Shown: piece after piece, positions 24,834-37,497 of the stretch | Layout: every line of letters starts with the position of its first letter | Position numbering within the stretch: the first letter of the stretch is position 1 | Source of the DNA: Mobula hypostoma | Taxonomy: Eukaryota | Assembly (NCBI RefSeq): GCF_963921235.1 | Contig: NC_086115.1 | Location: 21,268,001-21,332,000 of the forward strand | DNA: 64,000 bases | Direction of reading: 5' to 3' | Made by a program: the position numbers and the translations under genes | Notes under the pieces: generated by a model | The model's database searches: none | What the model saw: the letters and a program-made list of their open reading frames with translations, nothing else | Told to the model about the DNA's origin: nothing

Positions 24834-24965
24834 GCGTTACAATATGGTTCCCAGGATAATGTGACCACTATCGTTGTGCCTTTTGGAGCATGGGGAAAGT
24901 ACAGAACCTCACTCACTTGTATGAGTTTTGGAAGAATGATGGTTGCAAGCACCCGATGGCATTGA
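24834..24965 (+). CDS. PPM1K-like: PPM1K-like terminal coding exon (132 bp including TGA)
   Basis: ttccag|; ALQYGSQDNVTTIVVPFGAWGKYRTSLTCMSFGRMMVASTRWH*; VVPFGAWGKY and the terminal RW are characteristic of PPM1K. Confidence 0.95.
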   Translation, partial: ALQYGSQDNVTTIVVPFGAWGKYRTSLTCMSFGRMMVASTRWH

Positions 24966-26016
24966 ACACTGCACTGACATCGGAAACCCTTTTGTCTGGA
25001 TCTTATTTGTAAAAGCATTTTTTTACATTTTTTACAATCACTGATGTAGTTTTAAAGTTTGTTAAATGACGACCTACATATTGAAATATCCTTTACAGAA
25101 GACTGTATTGTTTCTCCACCTAAGTTGTTAACTTACAAATGATACTGATATTACTTTTATACAGGGCACCATATAGCTATTTATTTTCCATTCACTCAAC
25201 CATTGAAATTGGCCATTGCTGAAGTTAGCTTGTAGCTACAATTTGTTGTGCATTTTAGTGTTAAGTCAACAACATCTTTAATTGTCGAAGTAATGTTGAT
25301 GTCGATAGTGCTTGTTGCTATTTGTAAAAAAAGTGATGCTGCAAGTTCTGGCAAGTTCCAGGCACGGAAGTAAAATCTGAAACAGTAAGATCAGATTTTT
25401 CAGAAACATGCTTTACTGGGTGCTGTTCCCATGCTCCCTTAAGATCAATGAGTTCTCTTTTCTGCAATCCCTTTCAACTTAGCTAATGCATGACATCTTT
25501 TTCTAAAATCAAATCAGAGTATGTGTCAGAGTGTAAATTGGAATAATGTTCAATAATCTGGAAAATTGGCCTGACCAACAGCACCCAGGCCCAAGCATGC
25601 TGAATTATGGAGTTAATTGTCTCCAGAAATGTGTAACACTTGTAACTTTTGCAAGATGCTATTTTGCTGATTATATTTTAAAGGATGAACCATTGGCCTG
25701 ATAAAAACAACTAATTTCTTGCCCATTTTCAGTACTCTTTTAATTTGTCAATCATTGCCAAGCAATCTCATGAGTACTATTTCCTACAAGTTGTAATTGT
25801 TAGAGGTTTAATATTTTAAAACTGGTCTGACCATTTTAAACCTTTTCATAACATTACAGCACAACTTACATTTTATAACCCATTACAGCGATATTTAATA
25901 GCTGTATGTAAATAGAATGAGCTGAGAATCCGGATTCAGATTAATTGTGTGTGGCATATTCAATAGTAAAACTCTTTTGTACCTGGATGTACACCATCTG
26001 TCAATTTTTATTTCTC

Positions 26017-29000
26017 ATCATAGAAACATAGAAGGTAGGTGCAGGAGTAGGCCATTCAGCCCTTCGAGCCTGCACCGCCATTCAGTATGATCATGGCTGA
26101 TCATCCAACTCAGAACCCTGTACTTGCCTTCCCTCCATACCCCCAATCGCTTTAGCCACAAGGGCCAAAGATATAAATATAGCCAATGAACTGGCCTCAA
26201 CTGTTTCCTTTGGCAGAGAGTTCCACAGATTCACCACTCTCTGTGTGAAGAAGTTTTTCCTAATCTCGGTCCTAAAAGGCTTCCCCTTTATCCTCAAACT
26301 GTGACCCCTCGTTCTGGACTTCCCCAACATCGGGAACAATCTTCCTGCATCTAGCCAGTCCAATCCCTTTAGGATTTTATACGTTTCAATCAGATCCCCC
26401 CTCAATCTTCTAAATTCCGATTATAAGCCTAGTCGATCCAGTCTTTCATCATATGAAAGTCCTGCCATCCCAGGAATCAATCTGGTGAACCTTCTTTGTA
26501 CTCCCTCTATGGCAAGGATGTCTTTCCCCAGATTAGGGGACCAAAACTGCACACAATACTCCAGGTGTGGTCTAACCAAGGCCTTGTACAACTGCAGTAG
26601 TACCTCCCTGCTCCTGTACTTGAATCCTCTTGCTATGAATGCCAGCATACCATTCGCCTTTTTCACTGCCTGCTGTACCTGCATGCCCACTTTCAATGAC
26701 TGGTGTACAATGACACCCAGGTCTCGTTGCACCTCCCCTTTCCCTAATCGGCCACCATTCAGATAATAATCTGTTTTCCTGTTTTTGCCACCAAAGTGGA
26801 TAACCTCACATTTATCCACATTAAATTGCATCTGCCATGAATTTGCCCACTCACCTAACCTATCCAAGTCACTCTGCATCCTCTTAGCATCCTCCTCACA
26901 GCTAACACTGCCGCCCAGCTTCATGTCATCAGCAAACTTGGAGATGCTGCATTTAATTTCCTCATCTAAGTCATTAATATATATTGTAAACAACTAGCGT
27001 CCCAGCACTGAGCCTTGCAGTACCCCACTAGTCACTGCCTGCTATTCTGAAAAGGTCCTGTTTATTCCCACTCTTTGCTTCCTGTCTGCCAACCAATTCT
27101 CTATCCACATCAATACCATACCCCCACTACCTTGTGCTTTAAGTTTGCACACTAATCTCCTGTGTGGGACCTTGTCAAAAGCCTTTTGAAAATCCAAATA
27201 TACCACATCCACTGGTTCTCCCCTATCCACTCTACTAGTTACATCCTCAAAAAATTCTATGAGATTCGTCAGACATGATTTTCCTTTCACAAATCCATAC
27301 TGACTTTGTCCAATGATTTCACCTCTTTCCAAATGTGCTGTTATCACATCTTTGATAACTGACTCTAGCAGTTTCCCCACCACCGATGTTAGACTATAAT
27401 TCCCCGGTTTCTCTCTCCCTCCTTTTTTAAAAAGCGGGGTTACATTAGCCACCCTCCAATCCTCAGGAACTAGTCCAGAATCTAAAGAGTTTTGAAAAAT
27501 TATCACTAATGCATCCACTATTTCTTGGGCTACTTCCTTAAGCACTCTGGGATGCAGACCATCTGGCCCTGGGGATTTACCTGCCTTCAATCCCTTCAAT
27601 TTACCTAACACCACTTCCCTACTAACATGTATTTCCCTCAGTTCCTCCATCTCACTAGACCCTCTGTCCCCTACTATTTCCAGAAGATTATTTATGTCCT
27701 CCTTAGTGAAGACAGAACCAAAATAATTATTCAATTGGTCTGCCATGTCCTTGTTCCCCATAATCAATTCACCTGTTTCTGTCTGTAAGGGACCTATATT
27801 TGTCTTAACCAATCTTTTTCTTTTCACATATCTATAAAAGCTTTTACAGTCAGTTTTTATGTTCCCTGCCAGTTTTCTCTCATAATCTTTTTTCCCCTTC
27901 CTAATTAAGCCCTTTGTCCTCTTCTGCTGGACTCTGAATTTCTCCCAGTCCTCAGGTGAGCCACTTTTTCTGGCTAATTTGTATGTTTCTTCTTTGGAAT
28001 TGATACTATCCCTAATTTCCCTTGTCAGCCACAGGTGCACTACCTTCCCTGATTTATTTTTTTGCCAAACTGGAATGAACAATTGTTGTAGTTCATCCAT
28101 GCGATCTTTAAATGCTTGCCATTGCATATCCACCGTCAACCCTTTAAGTATCATTTGCCAGTCTGTCTTAGCTAATTCACGTCTCATACCTTCAAAGTTA
28201 TCCTCCTGTAAGTTCAGAACCTTTGTTTCTGAATTAACTATGTCACTCTCCATCTTAGTGCAGAATTCCACCATATTATGGTCACTCTTACCCAAGGGGC
28301 CTTTCACGACAAGATTGCTAACTAACTCTTCCTCATTGCTCAATACCCAGTCTAGAATGGCCTGCTCTCTAGTTGGTTCTTCGACATGTTGGTTCAAAAA
28401 ACCATCCCGCTTACATTCCAAGAAATCCTCTTCCTCAGCACCCTTACCAATTTGGTTCACCCAATCTATATGCTGATTGAAGTCACCCATTATATCTGCT
28501 GTTCCTTTATTGCACGCATTTCTAATTTCCTGTTTAATGCCATCCCCAACCTCACTGCTACTGTTAGGTGGCCTGTACACAACTCCCATCAGCGTTTTCT
28601 GCCCCTTAGTGTTATGCAGCTCCACCCATATCGATTCCACATCCTCCCGGCTAATGTCCTTCCTTTCTATTGCGTTAATCTCCTCTCTAACCAGCAATGC
28701 TACCCCACCTCCTTTTCTTTCATGTCTATCCCTCCTGAATATTGAATATCACTGAATATTGAGCTCCCATCCTTGGTCACCCTAGAGCCATGTCTCTGTG
28801 ATCTCAACTATATCATATTCATTAATAGCAATCTGCACTTTTAATTCATCCACCTTGTTATGAATGCTCCTCGCATTGACACACAAAGCCTTCAGGCTTG
28901 CTTTTACAACACTCTTAGCCCTTATACAATTATGTTGAAAAGTGGCCCTTTTTGATTTTTGCCCTGGATTTGCCGGCCTGCCACTTTTACTTTTCACCTT

Positions 29001-30056
29001 ACTACTTTTTGCTTCTACCCTCATTTTACACCCCTCTGTCTCTCTGCACTTGTTCCCATCCCCCTGTTGTGAACTAACCTCCTCTCTCCTAGTCTCTTTA
29101 ATTTGATTCCCACTCCACAACCATTCTAGTTTAAAGTCACCTCGGTAGCCCTCGCAAATCTCCCCGCCAAGATATTGTTCCCCCTAGGATTCAAGTGTAA
29201 CCCGACCTTTTTGTACAGGTCACACCTGCGCCAAACGAGGTCCCAACGATCCAAAAACTTGAATCCCTGCCCCCTGCTCCAATCCCTAAGCTACGCATTT
29301 ATCCTCCACCTCATTGCATTCCTGCTCTCACTGTCGCGTAGCACAGGCAGTAATCCCGAGATTACTACCTTTGCAGTCCTTTTTCTCAACTCCCTTCCTA
29401 ACTCCTTATATTCTCCTTTCAGGACCTCTCCCCTTTTCCTACCTATGTCATTGGTACCTATATGTACCATGACCTCTGGCTCCTCACCCTCCCACTTCAG
29501 GATACCTTGGACGCGATCAGAAATATCCCGGACCCTGGCACCAGGGAGATAAACTACCATCTGGGTCTCTGGACTGCGTCCACAGAATCGCCTATCTGAC
29601 CCCCTTACTATCGAGTCTTCTATTACAACTGCCCTCCTCTTCCTTTCCCTACCTTTCTGAGCTACAGGGCTGGACTCTGTGCCGGAGGCACGGCCACTGT
29701 CGCTTCCCCCAGGTAAGCTGTCCCCCCCAGGAGTACTCAAACAGGAGTACCTATTGTCAAGGGGCACAGCCATGGGGGTACTCTCTATTACCTGACTCTT
29801 CCTCTTCCCCTTCCTAGCCGTGACCCACTTGTCTGCCTCCTGTGGCCCCGGTGTGACCACCTGCCTGTAACTCCTCTCTATCAACTCCTCACTCTCCCTG
29901 ACCAGACAAAGGCCATCGAGCTGCAGCTCCAGTTCCCTAACACGGTCCCTTAGGAGCTGCATCTCGGTGCACCTCGCGCAGATGTGGATGTCTGGGAGGC
30001 TTGGAGACTCCAGGCCGTCCGGCACCGAGAACAACAAACTCCCCTCACACTCATAT
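26017..30056 (-). mobile_element. Near full-length young CR1 LINE (ORF1 Cys-rich + SGNH esterase; ORF2 APE endonuclease + RT) with a few disablements
   Basis: ORF1 29291-30054 (GTNDIG); ORF2 pieces 28782-29120, 27042-28697, 26421-26993, 26091-26405 with MGDFN, SDHN, GPDG, YLDFQKAFDKVPH, KFADD; TTCTATG tail at 26017-26032. Confidence 0.95.
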
Positions 30057-30209
30057 ATGAAATGACTCCACATAGATGGAATGAATAAAAATACTTTTCT
30101 GGGTGAAAATAAATTATAAAAAAAATCGTGGATTAATTGCACTTGTTTTTCCACTTGTCCTGGTGTCAGAACAGGATTCCTAGAAACTGAAGTCCATCTA
30201 ACACATTCA

Positions 30210-30716
30210 GAAGGCCTCTGATAGACTTTTAACTAAAGCTGGGATGATTGAACATATCAGTCCTGCCTTAGCTATTCTGCATTGGCTTCCTGTATCTTTT
30301 AATTGATTTTAAAGTTTTCTTATTTGTTTGTAAAGGACTTAATGGTTGAGACTGGAGTACAGAATGGATAGTTTTCATTTTATAATCCTCCTCTTGCTCT
30401 CGGGTCTTCTTCCACAGGTCTCCTAAGTTTAAACAATCCCCCTCAAAAGATAATTGACTGGTCAATTTTTTTGAACTACACTCTTAAACTGTAGAATTCT
30501 ATACCTAAATCAGTATAGGGATATAGACTCAATTGACACTTTCAAACACCAGCTCAAAACCTATTTAACTTTCCTTATAACTAACATCCTTTTTGTCTTG
30601 TACCTTCATGTTTATTTTTAATTTTATTTTCAAGTTTGCACTTTATCCCATTGTAAAGCAGTTTGAGCTACATCATCTGTATGAAGAGTGCTCTATAAAT
30701 AAGTTATTGTTATTAT
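30210..30716 (+). mobile_element. L2-type LINE 3' end
   Basis: HISPALAILHWLPV..DFKV and FKHQLKTYL remnants; TGTAAAGCA..TATAAAT + (TTA)n tail. Confidence 0.7.
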
Positions 30717-31293
30717 CTAATTTACCCTTTGTTATCTGTGCATTCAGATTTACTGTATAATCATTTGATAAGCAAGTATTTTCCAAGTTTTCACTTTGAC
30801 CACCTTCTTCCCACCACATTTTGACCTGTCATCTTCAAAGTTTGAAGTAAATTTATTATCAAAGTACATGTATGTCACCATATACAAACCTCAGGATCAT
30901 TTTTTTGCAAGCACGCTCAGTAAATTCAAGAAACATAATAGAATTAGTGAAAGACCAAACATGGCAGCCAAACAAACAATGTGCAAATACAAAAGAAAAA
31001 AGAAATAATTATAATAAATAAATAAATAAGCAATACATATCAAGAACATGAGGTGAAGAGTCTTTGAAAGTGAGTCTATAGCTTGTGGGAACAGTTCAAT
31101 GGTGGGGCAAATAAAGTTATCACCACTGGTTCACGAGCCTGATGGTTGAGGGGTAATAACTGTTCCTGAATTGATGGTGAGAGTTCTGAGGCTCCTGTAC
31201 CTTCCTCCTGATGGAAACACCAAGAAGAGTGCATAACCTGGGTGGTGGGGATCCTTAATGATGGATGCTGCTTTTGTGTGACAGCGTTCCATG

Positions 31294-32242
31294 TGTGATG
31301 GGGCCCTAAATTACCCCTATGAACTGTGCTCGATTACCCCTATGAACTGTATTTTTGAAAGAGAGAGAGAGGTATTTGACACCGACACCTTGTTTTGAAA
31401 AGAGAGAGATGAAGACTAACCTATGGACTGTCACTTTAAGGCACGAGGAGGAACTGAGACTAACTTTTTTGCTGAGTTGGAGAGAGAGGGCACCAAGCAG
31501 CTCGTAAGTCGCTATGGTGACCGAGGGCAGCATTATTTGATGGACAATCAATGTTATAGTTTCTCTGGAGTGTGTTTATACTTCCCAAGGACATTTGCCT
31601 GCTTGTACACTCTTACACAGACAGAGATGGGAGAAGTTATTTGAATGACAGTTGGTATTCAGTATGGTGAGATAAATAGGAGGTCAGATGATAGACCTCA
31701 GGCACATGTTTTTGGACACTGAATGAGTTTTATTATGCCGGTAGAAAAAGTGGGTTTTTTGGAGGATTGATCAGTGGCTCTTGCAGTGAGAAAAGGAGTG
31801 ACCGGTGGGGAGTTGTCCATGTGTCCAACCCTTGCCTGGGTTGATAGTTCCACCACAGAAAAACGGTCCCCTTTGTTGAAGTCACATTTGGTGACTTTTA
31901 AAAGATTTCAGAGGACAACGGGAAGATCGACAGTGTCAGCTCACCTGAAGACTCAAATCTCTCCCTCTCTCTCTCTCCATCACTACTCAACTCAATACCA
32001 CGAACTGAACTGAACTTTATTCGTCATCCTAAGACTATCTATTTACCCTTCGACTTGAAGAAGCTTGGCTTTTATATGTATTCCACACTTATATATAATC
32101 ATTGCTAACCTGTTTGATTTATCTGCATTTATATTAGTGTATTGCATAGTTACTAATAAATAATATTAGTTAATAGCAATACCAGACTCCAAAGTGTTTT
32201 CTATTTCTGCTGGTTCTTTAATCTGTCACGGGGTACGTGACA
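31294..32242 (+). mobile_element. Solo LTR (949 bp)
   Basis: TGT...ACA termini, 4-bp TSD CATG (31290-31293, 32243-32246), AATAAA near 32155; the flanks rejoin as continuous Rex1-like sequence. Confidence 0.8.
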
Positions 32243-34133
32243 CATGTAAATGTGCGGAATGTTGGGATGGACTGGGCTGTATCCACTACATTTTGTAGGC
32301 TTTTCCATTCAAGGACATTGGTGTTTCCATACCAGGCCATGATGCCGCCAGTCAATATACTCTCCATGATACATCTATAGAAGTTTGTCAAAGTTTTAGA
32401 TGTCATGCCTGATCTTTGCAAACTTCTATGGAAGTAGAAGCACTTCTGTGGCTTCTTCACCATTGTACTTATGTGCTGGGTTCAGGATAGGTCCTCTGAA
32501 ATGATGACACCAAGGAATTTAAAGTGGCTGACCCTCTCCACCTCTGATCTCCTGATGAGTTCTGGCTCTTGGATCTTTGGTTTCCCCCTCTTGGAGTCAA
32601 TAATCAGCTCCTTGGTCTTGCTGACATTGAGTGAGAGGTTGTTGCTGTGGCACCACTCAACCAGATCTTCAATCTCCCTCCTATATGCTGATTTGTCACC
32701 ACCTTTGATCCAGTCAATGACAGTGGTGTCATCAGCAATCTTAAAGCTGGCATTGGAACTGTGCTTAGCCACACAGTCATAAGTGTGACGTGCGTAGAGC
32801 AGGGGACTAAACACACAGCCTTGTGGCTCACCTGTGCTGATGGAGATTGTGGCGGAGATGTTGTCGCCAATTCGAACTGACTGGGATCAGCAAGTTAGGA
32901 AATCGAGAATCAAATTGCACAGGGAGGTATTGAGGCCAAGGTTTTAAAATTTATTCTTTAGTTTTGAGGGGATGATAGTATTGAATGCTGAACTGTAGTC
33001 GATAAAGAGCATCCTGATACATCCACCTTTGCTCTCCAGATGTTGACTGAAGAGCCAATGAGATGGCATTGGCAGTGGATCTGTCGCTCAGGTAAGAAAT
33101 TGGAGTGAATCCAAGTCACTCACTTCTCAGGCAGGAGTTGATATGTTTCATCACCAACCTCTCAAAACACTTCATCACTGTGCATGCAAGTGCTCCTGGG
33201 CATTAGTCATTAAAGCAGGTTGCCACAGTCTTCTGAGGCACTGGTATAATCGAAGTCCGCTTGAAGCAGGTGCGTACCACAAACTGCCGAAGAGAGAGGT
33301 TAAAGCTATCGGTGAACGTTCCAGCCAGTTGATCAGCACAGGTCTTTACTACCTGGCCAGGTACCCCATCTGGGCCGAATGTTTTCCATGGGCTCACCCT
33401 CCTGAAGGATGCTCTCTGGTCAGCCTCCAGAGACTGGAATCGCAGGGTCTTCAGGGGCTGTAGGAGTTCGTGAAGGTTCGTCCATGTTTTGATGGTCAAA
33501 GTATGCACAGAAGACACTGACCTCATCTGGGAGCAATGTCCCGTTGTCACCTTTGTCACCTGACTTCACTTTATAAGAGATGATAATATTCAGGCCCTGC
33601 CACAGCTGTTGAGCATCCTCCATGGATTCAAGTTTAGTCCAGAATTGCCACTTCACCCGTGAGATGGCTTTCCAGAGGTCGTACCCGGATCTGTTGTATT
33701 TTACTTGGTTGCCAGTCCTGAATGTTCCTGATCTGGCCCTCAGCAGATTTTGGATTTCGTGGTTCATTCAGGGCTTCTGGTTGGGGAGGACTCTGGATGA
33801 TTTTGTGGGCGCATGCTCATCTATAACTGTTTCTATAAAGTCTGTGACAACTGTGTATTGATTTAGATCCACTGATACGTCCTTGACCACAGCACAGTCC
33901 ACCAGCTCGAAGCAATCCCGTAGCCACTCCTCTACCTCCCAAGACCACGTTTTTCTTGTCCTTGTCTCTGGAGCTTTACTCTTTAGCCGCTGCCTGTAGC
34001 AGGTAGGAGAAGGACAGACAAGTGATCAGATTTCCCAAAATGTGGTCTAGGCTGGGAATGGTGGGCATTCCTTATTGCAGTATAGTGGTGATCGAGTGTG
34101 TTGAGAACTCTGGTGCTACAGGTTATCCGTTAG

Positions 34134-34261
34134 CACAAAATAATCTGCAGATGCTGGGATCAAAGCAACACTCACAAAACACTGGAGGAACTCAGCAGGT
34201 CGGGCAGTGTCCGTGGAAATGATCAGTCAACGTTTTGGGCCGGAACCCTTCGTCAGGACTC
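34134..34261 (-). mobile_element. Short hammerhead-bearing pLTR-like insertion
   Basis: Minus strand AGTCCTGACGAAGGGTTCCGGCCCAAAACGTTGACTG..CCAGCATCTGCAG; degenerate flanking repeat AGGTTATnnGTT. Confidence 0.75.
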
Positions 34262-35699
34262 AAGGTTATATGTTGACGTTAATTGGTCAGGGTTTTCTTC
34301 AAACCAGCCTGATTGAAATCCCTGACTATGACTTGAAGTACGTCAGGGTGGACGGCTTCTTGTTTGGTGACGGCAGCACGCTGCACCTCATGCCTGATTA
34401 CAGTCGGCAGATGGTGGCCTGTACATTGTGGTCAGGATCCCAGAGCAGAGCTCGCTTGGTGAATAGAATGGTCAGCACTTGATCATGAGGTGTTCCAGTT
34501 TTGGTGATCACGAGCACGATAAAACTGCCACATTGGAACACCACAGAGGGTTTATTATGAAACAGACACCCCTAGCTTTTGCCTTTTCCAAATCAGCATT
34601 TTGAGAAGTTTAGTCCATCCTGTGGATCAAGAAGCCTTCCTTACCCTCCCCACTTCACTCACCAGTGACTGGTCACTGGGACTTATATTTGGAGTGCTGC
34701 TATTACCTCAAACACACATAAGCCGGGCTCCTGACACACATACGAGATCCAGTAGCACAAAATGAATTGCTAATGTTTTCAGGTGCAGAACTTCCACCGA
34801 TTAACGTGAGAATGCAAACGGGTGTTGACTAGCCTTGATTAATAATCCAGCATAGACCACTGTGGAAAGACATTATGCAGTTTAAAATATTAGATTTGTG
34901 CAGCAGTTGTGAATAAAAGCAAATTCACATGGAATTGCTTATACACGTTTATTAAAATTTACACTTAAGTTAGTTATGCAATTCACTCAGAACAAACATC
35001 AAATCTAACACATGCATGTGAGTACATTAGATATTTTGCAGTCAAAGTACTTTACGATTGACATGACATTCCTAGTGGATCGTGTGCCAAGGGGATGGAT
35101 TGCACTTCACATCACAATTGACAGGAACAAAGAAGGAAAAACTCTTAATCTAAACACATCTGGAATGCCTCACACCTGCTCCTCTCTGGTCCTGGTTGTC
35201 AATCACCCATTACAGAAATATACAGAAGAAGGAAAAAAAACTCTGACAATACTCTGCATGTTATTATCTACAGAGAAAGAGGCATTGATATGAATATAGG
35301 AAGCATATAAGTAATTCCTAAATTAATAGAGATTAGGGATCTACAGTTCCATCATTTTTCTACCATTGTACATTGTACATTTTGTTTCATTATTTTTCAA
35401 TTGTTTTTATTTCTGGGATTCTATATTTTTCATCAGTGTGAAACCCGGAAACACCACAATTCCATACTCAGTGGAATCCAGGGTGATATATTTTACTCAC
35501 ACTGGCCTCCTGCAATTTGGGCTCCCAGGTATACTCCAATCCAGGATGAGGAGAAGCTTGAATTTAGGACCATGGAAGTTTCTATCATCTCTCACTGGCA
35601 GAGCCTGGGACTATGTTCATTCAGGAATATAGAGATCCAGGTCAATTGATCAAGAACTATAGAGAATATGCATTGATCCATCAACTTTTATGATATAAG

Positions 35700-36725
35700 A
35701 TTATAAGTCCATAAAACAATGGAGCAGAATTAGGCCATTCAGCCCATTTAGTCTGATCTGCTATCCCATCATGGCTGATTTATTATCCCTTTCAACCCCA
35801 ATTTCCTGCCTTTGTAACCTTTGACGCCCTGACTAATCAAGAACTTGTCAGCCTCCACGATAAACATATCCAATGACTTGACCTTCACAGCTGCCTGTGG
35901 CAATGAATTCTACAGATTTACTAACCTTCAGCTAAAGAAACTTCTCCTCATCTCTGTTCCAAATTGACGTCCCTCTAATCTGAGGCTGTGCCCTCTGGTC
36001 CGAGACTCATCCACTATAGGAAACAGCTTCCCTCCATCCACTCTATCCAGACCTTTCAGTATTCGATAGGTTTCAATGAGATCTCCCCCTCCCCCACCAT
36101 TCCCTTAAACTCCGGTGAGTACAGGTCCAGAGCCGTCAAACGGTTCTCATGCATTAACCCTTTCATTCCTGGAATCATTCTCGGGAACCTCAGCTGAACC
36201 CTCTCAAAACCCAGCACACCTTTTCTTAGATAAGGAGCCTAATACTACTCAAGTGCGGTCTGACCAATGACTTATTAAGCCTCAACATTACATCCTTACT
36301 ATTATATTCTAGTCATTGTGAAATGAATGCTAACATTGCATTTATCTCCTCACCACTGATTCAACCTACAAGTTAACCTTTAGGGAATCCTGCACAAGGA
36401 CTTCCAAGATCCCTTTGCACCTCTGCTATTTGGATTTTCTTCCTAATAGAGAACAGTATACACCTTTATTCATTCTACCAAAGTGCATGACCATACACTT
36501 CCCAACATTGTATTCCATCTGCCACTTCTATGCCCATTATCCCAATCAGTTTAAGTCCTTCTGCAGACACTCTGCTTCCTCAACACCACTTGCTCATCCA
36601 CCTAATCTTTGTATCATCCATAAACTTAGCCAGAAAGTCATCAATTCCATCAACTAAATCATTCACATATAATGTGAAAAGAAGCAGTCCCAGCATTGGC
36701 CCCTGCAAGACACCACTAGTCACCG
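35700..36725 (-). mobile_element. CR1 3' fragment
   Basis: Homologous to 26017-27040 and 51946-53003. Confidence 0.8.
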
Positions 36726-36939
36726 TAAGATATTAAGATCCCCAAGCACTTACAGTTTTTAACACAGACCCGGTCCTTATGACCAAAATGAATGAATCCA
36801 GGCTGTATTTGAAATCTACTTAACAAATATACTGCCATGTGAGTTAGCTAGTGGGTCTTTTTAATAACATGCCAATTAATGTTGAGAACTTTGGACCATT
36901 CTGAAAGGGATATGAGTGATGTATATATTTATGTACTTT

Positions 36940-37497
36940 AAGAGCGAGAAGTTGTACACTTAACTCTGGTTAGACCACACTTGCAGTATTGTGTTCATTT
37001 CTGGTTGTCTCATTATAGGAATGACGTGGAAGCTTTAGAGAGGGTGCAGAAGAGATTTATCAAGATGCTTCATGGTTTAGAGAGCATGTCTTATCAATGC
37101 AGGTTGTACAAGCTAGGGCTTTCCTCTTTGGAGTGAAGGAGGATGAAAGGTGACTTGATAGAGGTGTATAAGATAATAGAAGACAAAGACTGAGTGGACA
37201 GTCGGAGACTTTTCCCTAGGCTAATAGAAGAGGACATAACTTTAAGGGGAATTAGAAGAAAGTACATGAGTGATGATGGAGGTAAGTCTTTACACAGAGA
37301 GAGATGAGGCACGGAATGGCTGCTGGGGTGGTGGTAGAGGCAGATACTGTACATTAGAGGTATTTAAGAGATTCTTAGATAGATAGATAAATGAAAGAAA
37401 CATTGAGGGTTATGTAGGAGGGAAGTGTTAGATCTTGGAGCAGGTTAAAAAGTCAGCACAACACCATGGTCCAAAGGGTGCTGTACTGTTCTATGTT
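36940..37497 (+). mobile_element. CR1 3' fragment
   Basis: LVRPHLQYCVHFW..ALERVQKRF remnant; TTCTATGTTC tail. Confidence 0.75.

Larger units (their letters stand above)
30835..34560 (-). mobile_element. Rex1/Babar-like LINE, long degenerate copy split by a solo LTR and a hammerhead element
   Basis: PWMNHEIQNLLRAR, GPDGVPGQVVKTCADQLAG, FKIADDTTV, FKFLGVIISEDLS, FYRCIMESILTG; (TTTGAA) tail at ~30835. Confidence 0.85.
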
